Of a DNA stretch of 35,900 bases, positions 22,479 to 30,000 are shown in pieces. This DNA is from a virus (Duplodnaviria > Caudoviricetes). The first letter of the stretch is position 1. Every line of letters begins with the position of its first letter. The translations under genes were made by a program, and so were the position numbers. The notes beneath the pieces are model-generated. The model saw nothing but the letters and a program-made list of their open reading frames with translations, was not told the origin of the DNA and searched no databases. Where the stretch lies: the IMG/VR virus record IMGVR_UViG_3300018073_000014, positions 1-35,900 of that record, one strand, 5' to 3'.

Positions 22479-23807
22479 TCAGCCGCTGACAGCATACGCG
22501 AAGGCGACGTCGCCGACGACAACAGACGGCGCCCACCAATACACGCGGATCGTGGTGGCGTCGACGACGTAGCCCGTCGCCTGCACGCCGTCAATTTCGA
22601 ATTCATCACGCGCATCCCCTTTACTCGCGACCTTCGCCGCGGTCTGCACGATCACGACAACCTTCTCCGCGGTCAGGCCCGAGAGCCCGGTGATATCGAA
22701 GGTGCCCGAGCGGCGCGCGACGCCGAGATCCTTCACGACGGCCGTCATCGCCGCGGCGCCAGCGACGCCCGTCGGTCCCTGCGGCCCCTGCGGACCTATC
22801 GCGCCGTCGTCGCCATCTTCGCCAGACGGGCCGGGCGGTCCTTGCGAGCCCGTCGCACCCGTCGCGCCCGCGACGCCGGTCGATCCCTGCAGGCCGGGCG
22901 GTCCGGGCGGGCCATCTTCCCCGTCTTCGCCGGCCGGCCCCGTGGCGCCGGTCGCACCTGTCGCGCCGTTCGTGCCGTTGGTGCCATTCGTGCCGTTCGT
23001 GCCCGCGTCGCCCGTGCGCGAAAACCAGAAGACGCACGGCGCACCGTCCACCGGCAGCACGCTGCCCGCAACGAAGACGACCGCGACCTTGCGATAGCCG
23101 CCGCCGTTCTGCACGCTCGGGCCCATCCGCCAGATGTGCACGTCGGGATTGCCGTTGACGTTCGACGCGACGAAGATGAAGCCGCGCGGCGACGTCGTCG
23201 AATCGTCCCACGTGTCGAGGTAGGCGCTCACATCGGCGCCCTCGATCGTCAGGTCGTCGATGTAGATCAGCGAGACGCTCGCGAGCGTCGCGTTGTTGTA
23301 ACGAAAAATCCCCTGGCCGGGATCGCTGTCGGTCGTCGACGTCGAGAAGTTGTAACGGAGCCCGCCCTTGTCGCCCTGCACGCCAGGCAGCCCAGGCGGC
23401 CCAGGCTCGCCGTCTTCGCCGTCTGCGCCGGGGATGGGGTAGCCAGGCGGCCCTGCGGCCCCTGTAGCGCCCGCAGCGCCCGCGGCACCTGTTGGCCCTG
23501 GCGGTCCGGGCGGCCCGTCCTCGCCATCCTCGCCGGCGGGGCCGGGCAAGGTGTCACCCTTCGGACCGGCGGCACCCGCGGCGCCCGCAGCGCCGGCGAC
23601 GCCAGGCGGCCCAGGCGGGCCCGCGGCGCCGTCCTCGCCATCATCCCCGGCCGGCCCAGGAATGCGCGCCTGGCTCGTCGAGACGCCGGTGATGTTCGGC
23701 GGCTGTTCGGTGAGCTCGCCGGGCGCGGTGCCGGTCGGCGTCCCGTCCTGCCGCGCCATCGCGACGTGCTCGCGGTTTTTCGTCCGCAGGGTTTTGTCGC
23801 GAGCCAT
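22479..23807 (-). CDS. Collagen-like tail fibre protein
   Basis: Two Gly-X-Y tracts built from GEDGEDGPPGPPG modules flank a globular domain (YNFSTSTTDSDPGQGIFRYNN...). Confidence 0.85.
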   Translation of the reverse strand: MARDKTLRTKNREHVAMARQDGTPTGTAPGELTEQPPNITGVSTSQARIPGPAGDDGEDGAAGPPGPPGVAGAAGAAGAAGPKGDTLPGPAGEDGEDGPPGPPGPTGAAGAAGATGAAGPPGYPIPGADGEDGEPGPPGLPGVQGDKGGLRYNFSTSTTDSDPGQGIFRYNNATLASVSLIYIDDLTIEGADVSAYLDTWDDSTTSPRGFIFVASNVNGNPDVHIWRMGPSVQNGGGYRKVAVVFVAGSVLPVDGAPCVFWFSRTGDAGTNGTNGTNGTNGATGATGATGPAGEDGEDGPPGPPGLQGSTGVAGATGATGSQGPPGPSGEDGDDGAIGPQGPQGPTGVAGAAAMTAVVKDLGVARRSGTFDITGLSGLTAEKVVVIVQTAAKVASKGDARDEFEIDGVQATGYVVDATTIRVYWWAPSVVVGDVAFAYAVSG

Positions 23808-24046
23808 CAGTTGACGCGAGGCACCGACTTCAGAATCGCCGCCAGCTTGACGGCGTCGCTGATGGTCATCGTCATCCGCACGACGGGCGTCGTCGGCCGC
23901 AGCGAGAGCCGCGCTTCCTGTGTGGCCTGCGCCGCCATCTGTTCGAGGAGCTGCGCGAGCTGCCAGGGATCGAAGGCGATCTCGCGGCGCGTGTCGATGC
24001 TCGGGCTGAGAATTTCGCCGGTCTGCTGATTCAACTTGCCGCCCAT
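23807..24046 (-). CDS. Hypothetical protein (79 aa)
   Basis: AAGGAG RBS; TGATG overlap with the fibre gene. Confidence 0.65.
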   Translation of the reverse strand: MGGKLNQQTGEILSPSIDTRREIAFDPWQLAQLLEQMAAQATQEARLSLRPTTPVVRMTMTISDAVKLAAILKSVPRVN

Positions 24047-24047
24047 A

Positions 24048-27000
24048 TCACTCCTTCGGCGGCGGCCCGAAAATGAGCGCCGCGGGGTTGGCCGTGCGTC
24101 CTTCGTAGAGTGCGATCGCGCCGTCGACGGTCTTCTGCACCTGCGTGGCGGGATACGCGAACAGGTAGCCGGCCCCTTGGTTGACGGCGTGCCAGAGGCC
24201 TTTGTCGGCTTCGCCCTGCTTCACTTGCGTCGCGACATCATACGCAACTTGCACCGGGCGGAACACCGCGGGGCCCGAGTAGCCGCGCGCGGTCGTGTCG
24301 AGGCCGAGCGCGATCTGCGCCGCGCCGGCCGCCTCGCGCATGTAGACAAGGCCCGACAGCGCACTCGATGCCATCTCGCCGGCAACCTGCTGGAACCAGT
24401 TGAGCGGATCGTCGTCGGCGCCGCCGCGGCCGCTCGCGTGCTTCAGCGCAATCGTGAACAGCGCCGGCATCGCGTAGAGCAGCCCCATGTGCCCGAGCAG
24501 CTTCAGGATGGTCGCCGGGTCTTTCAACCCTGAGCGCCGCGCGATGTCGACGTTGCGATACGCCGCGTTGAAGACAGTGACGCCGTAGCTCGCGAACGTC
24601 ATAAACGCCCGCGCGATCGGGCCGCCGCGCTGCACCTTCGCGAGATCCTTGATCTGCCCGCCGCCCTGGCTGTCGAGCACTGCCTGATCGGCGATCGCGA
24701 TGGCGCGGTCTTCCGACTCGCCGGCGGCGAGGCTCTTCTCGTATTGCCCGAGCCAGGTCGGCACGTCGGCGACACGCTGCGCGACGCTGATGTGCCAGAG
24801 GAACGAATCGGTCAGCGCCGCCTGCGTCAAATGATCCGAGCTCACGGTGCGCACCAGGCGATCGAACCAGCCGCCGGTTTCCTGGTAGGCGGCGCGCAGG
24901 TCGTGCAGATCCTGCGTCGCGGTCGTCACGCGGCCCGCCATCATCGGCGACTTCTCCGCGATCCATTGCGTCGTGCTCTCCATTGCCACGGCGTCACGCA
25001 GCCAGCGCTTCGCGCCCTTCGCGACCCAGGTCACGCCGACGCGGTCCATGCCGTTGAAGACACCGATCGGCTGCTGGATCGCCGTCCACATATTGAACGC
25101 CATCGAGGCGATCTGCGTCCGCTGCCGCAGCCAGGTCGCGCCCTGATCCATCGGCGTGGGTTTGCCAGGCGGTGACAGGTTGCCCTTCGCGATGTCTTCG
25201 AGCGAGTTCTTGAGCTGCTCGTAAATCTGATCGCCGGCCGTCGCGTAAATCGCCTTCGACACTTTCGGATCGCGCAGTAGACGGTTGACGTCGATCAGCA
25301 TCTCGTGATGCGTCAGGTCGTGCACGACTTGATCGATGTGCGCGAAGGCGACGCCCATGTCGAGCTTCAACGGCAGGCCGGTGTGTTCCTGGCGGGTCTT
25401 CGTGAAGCCGCGCCGCGTCGTCGTGCGCACGTAGGCGCCGGCGGTCAGCGCCTTGCCGGCCTCGGCTTGCGCAAAGCCCTGCGCGGTCGCGCTGCGCGTC
25501 GAGTCATACACGAGCGGATGATAGCCGCCGCGAAACGCGCCGTATTTCGTATACACCGGCAGCGGCGCGACCTTCTCCGGTTCGACGCCGGTCGTGCGCT
25601 GCATCTTCGCGGCGATCTCGGGCCAGAAGTGATCGAGGTAATCCCAATGCGCTTGCACGAAGTTCCAGTCGTTGCGGTCGAGCAGGTCAAGGATGGCGAC
25701 GACCTGCGCGTCGTCGAACTTGCGCGTCGGGTCGTTCAGCACGCGCTCACGCCCGTGCTCGTTCCCCCAATTCATCGCGACGGCGATCGCGAGGTTCTTC
25801 GACACGCTGTCATTGAGCGCGGGCACGAAGCGCGGTGTGTGCAGATCCCAGAGCGCGCGGCCGGGGTAGTGCGTCTCGACGATGGCGGCGTAGGCCGTGC
25901 CTTCGACGCGGGCGCGTGCTTCCTTCGCATCCGCGGCCGCATTGATCGGCTGCATGAAGGCCGACCAGAACGGGCCGCCATCGACGTAGTTGTCGAGCGC
26001 CTGCGCGATCAGCGCGATCTTTCGGTGACTCGCGACGTAGTCGCCGAACTTCCGCCACTTTTTATCGGACGGCTTGTCTTCGAGTTTCGTCGGCCGCTGC
26101 GGGTTCACCGCTAGGATGTTGCTACTGACCTGGTCGCGCTCGGCGCTGAACTCGCGCTGATCCTTCGCAGTTAGGAGTTGGTTCTTTAGGCTCGCCAGGT
26201 GCTCGATGTGATAGAGCCCATCGGTCACACCCATGAACTCGTCGACGCTCATATCCTGGTAGTTCTTCCGCCGCGCTTCGTCGAGCACGCCCTCGGGCAG
26301 ATCGACGGTGTAGCCCTGCGCCTCGACGCCGGCGGCCCACTTCGACAGCGCCGCGCGCCGGTCGAGCGCCCTCTGCGACACCTTCGCGAACTCGAAGCGG
26401 TCGAGGATGCCGTCGATCTGATCCTGGTAGCTGGCGCCGGCGAGGCCGATGCGCTTGCGGCTGGCCTGCGAGTCGAGCCGCTTCACGAAATCGATCCGCG
26501 TCGCGACGTCCTCTTGCGTCTTCTGCGCCTCGCGATACATGGCGAGGTTCAAAATCTCCTGCTGCTTCGCGAGGATGGCGCCGTCGAAATCCTGGCGCGC
26601 AGCTTTTTCGGTCGAGGCGAGCGATGCCCGCCGCGCCGTCGACCAGAACGCTTGCGCGTTGATGCGGCGGATCGGCAGCGCCCCGATGCGATCGCGCGCG
26701 AGCCCGCGCACCGCCTGCTCGCTCGGCAAGCCGGCGCGGATGGTCGCGGCGCCGCCGCGGGTCGACTCTTTCAGCTTGCGCACCTGCGCGGTGAGCCGGT
26801 CGATCTCCTCCGCGGCCGCGCCTTCTGAGATCGCCTTCTGTAATTGCACGAAGGGCGACACGGTCTTGCGCAGGTTGTTGAGCGCCTTCAGCTCCAGGCG
26901 CAGCACTTCGTCGTGCACGAGGTTCGCCGTCTCGGCCTGCGCGACGGCCTGCAGCGAGCCGTCGAGTTGAATGCTGCCGTTTTCGCGCAGCATTCGTGCG

Positions 27001-30000
27001 TTCGTCTCGTTCTCGATCGCGACGCGCATCGCCGGCGCCTGCGTGACGGCGCGCAGCATTTCGTCGCCGCTGCTGAAGCCGGTGAGCTCGGCGACATACT
27101 CAGGCCCGAGGCCGCCTTCGACCTGGTAGACGTAGGGCCGGATGCGCCCGAGCTCGCGCACGCGCTCGGCGCCGTAGCTGGCGATGAGCTGATCCTTCGA
27201 GAGCCGCAGCGGGCCGTCTTCCTTCAGGCCAGGGATCGCCTCGCCGTTCGCCTGCGTGCCGTATTGCATCGCCGCCAGCGCGCGATAGACCGGCATCGCC
27301 TGCAGCTCGCTCTTGACCTGGTCGCGGATCGCCATGCGCTGCGCCGTCCAGATCGCCGTGCGCTCGCGCTCGACTTCCTGCATCAGCCGCGCGTCGAGGT
27401 TGCCGACCGCGGTCGCGCGCTCACGCGCGGTCGCCTTCTCGTAGAGCGCGAATTCCGCCGACGTCACGCCCATGTCTTCGGCGGTCGCGAACATCTGCAC
27501 GTAGCCGCGAGTGCGCTCGGCCTCGGCGATGGCGGCATCGCTCGCCAGGAGCCGATCGAAGACGCCGCGCACCTCGGGGGTGAGCTGCACGTTCAACCGT
27601 TTCAGTGACTGATACACCGCGGTCAGCCAGGCGCGGAACGTCTGAAAGAAACTTTGCAGCTCCAGGCTCGGCGCCCGTCCTTCGTGCAGGTAGTCGATGA
27701 AGCCCTCGGCCAGCTTTTCGTGCGCCGCGGTCGTGATCGCTCCACCTTTTTCCACTCCCGCCCACTTTAGGGCAGCATCCCGATCCCTGATGATGCCGGC
27801 CTGGCTCTCGGTGAGCGTTGCCGGGTCGAGCGCCGCGAGCCGGGTCGCCGACTCGTCGAGCAGCTTGAAGAACAGGTGCCCCGTCTCGTGCAGGAAGGTC
27901 GAGAGATCCGCGCTCGGCAGCAGCCCGATGTTGATGCGGTCGCCGGGCCCGAACTGAATAAAGCCGCGGCGCTCGGGTGTCTGTCCCTCTTGAAACAGCG
28001 GTTGCCCGCCGAGGATCGACTCGCGCATCTTGTCGGTGATGACGACCGCCGGCTGCCGGCTGGCCTCCGGTCCCTTGAGCCGCAGCTCGCCGCCCAGGTC
28101 AGTTGCGGCCGACATCCCGCCGTAATTTTCGAGTGCGATCGCGAGCGTCTGCCCGCGCTCCATGCCGCGCGAGATGTTATCGAGCTGCTGCCGGCGCACG
28201 CGGTTGTCGTAGGCTTCCCCCTCGGCGAACTCGCCGAATTTGTCGTGCATGATGTTGCGGACCTGCGAGGCGTTCAGGTCCGGTCCCACCCATTCGCGCG
28301 TGCCCTTCTCGTTCGGCACGTCGACGTGCACTTCGCTGACGCGGCCGCCGTTCCGCTTCACCGCCGGCAGACCGTTGACGACGTTGATGAAATCCACGTC
28401 ATAGAGCCGACGCAGGCCTTCGCCGCCGATCTTCCCGAGCTCGTTGCCGGTGATGGTGCCTTCGAGCTCAGAGAGGATGCGCGTCGAGACGTCCTCGCCG
28501 ATCGCTTCTGAGAGGTTGCGGCCGACGAGATCCTCGGTGCGATGGCTCGGCGCGCCCTCGATGATCTTGCCGTTCGGATCGACATAGAGCTTGATGTTGT
28601 CGCCGCGCGTCGTCTCGACCGACACGAAGCGGCGCGCGCCTTTGTCGAAGCTCGACTCACTCGATCGGTTCTGACTCCACGCGATCGAGGTGACGACGGC
28701 CGCCAGGTTATACCGCTTGGCTTGCTGATCGCCGGTCGTCCAGGCGACGGCCGCCAGGTCGTGATCGACGGCATAGCGCAGCGCCCACTTGAAGGCGAGC
28801 GTGCGCCAATTCTTCCGCAGCAGCTCGGGCATCTTCGCGAACTCGTCGGCGTGCGGCGTCTGCACCTCTTCGAGAAAGAGGATCGGCAGCCCACTCGCGC
28901 GATCGTGGCGCGTGTTCAGCCGCAGCCGCACGATCGGGTTTTCGATGCCCTCGTATTCGTCGTGACCGTCGACCCATCCCTCGGGCGCCAGCTTCCGCGG
29001 ATCGGCCAGTGTCTTGCGCAGGACCGCCTCGCCGACTTCCTGCCAGTGGTCATCGCCGAGCATCCGATACTCGCTGCGGACTTCGACCGTGCGATCTTCG
29101 AGGCCCTGGCTGTCGATGCCCTGCTGCAGCTCGGTCGCCTTGCGGTTCGCGCGTTCGAGCGCCGTCACCGGGTTCGGCGTCGCCTCGCCGCGGTTGCCTC
29201 GGTCATACCAGTCCGCCGGGATCTCGCGGCCTGTATCGTGCGGCTCTTCACCCGCCGTGCGCAGCGGCTCGCCGTGTGCGTCGAGCAGACGCACCGCGTA
29301 GCCGAGCACGGGCTTGTCTTCAAAGGTGCCGAGGTGATGCGTCTGGTTGTCGTTCGTCCGATACGTCAGCGTCACCTCGCCCTTCGTCGTCGAGATCAGC
29401 CGGCGCTTGATCTCCAGGTGTGACGGGGTGAAGGTGAAGCGGCCGCCGACGCGATCCATCGGCAGCGTGAGGAACACCTCGCGATAGCTGCCCTTTTCGC
29501 CGCCTGGCTCGACGTATTGCCCGTAGCGCGTGCGCACCTCGTCGTCGGGCCGGCGGATGCCCTGGCGTTCGAGTCGCCGCTGTGCCTGCTCGCGCGCGTC
29601 GTCGCGGTCGACGTTCTCGATCGCGCGGTCGCGCGCCCAATCGTAGGACTCTTCGCGCTCTGACTGAATGCGCTCCTCGTCCATGCGATCGGCGACGCGC
29701 TGCGCCTCGCCGGCGGTTTCGTGATAGTCGTCTTCCTCACCGATGCGATCGCCGTTCTCGTCGTAGAGCACATAAACGATCTCGCCAGTCTCTTCATCGT
29801 GCTCGTCGAGCAGCGGCTCGGGGCGCACCTCGACGGGCGTGATGTCGTTCTCCATGTTGTCGAGGGTGTCTTTAATTTCCTCCTCGATCATCTCGTTCTC
29901 GATCTCGTCGGTGAGCTCGTCGAGCTGCTCCTGATAGTCTTCCTCGCTCTGCTCGTCGGCGCCTTCCTCGCCGAGTGTGACGTCTTCGAGCTTGATCTCA

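Noticed and set aside
21704-24046. Diversity-generating retroelement, as in the related BPP-1 architecture
   Set aside because: No reverse transcriptase, avd gene or TR/VR repeat pair is visible in the window.
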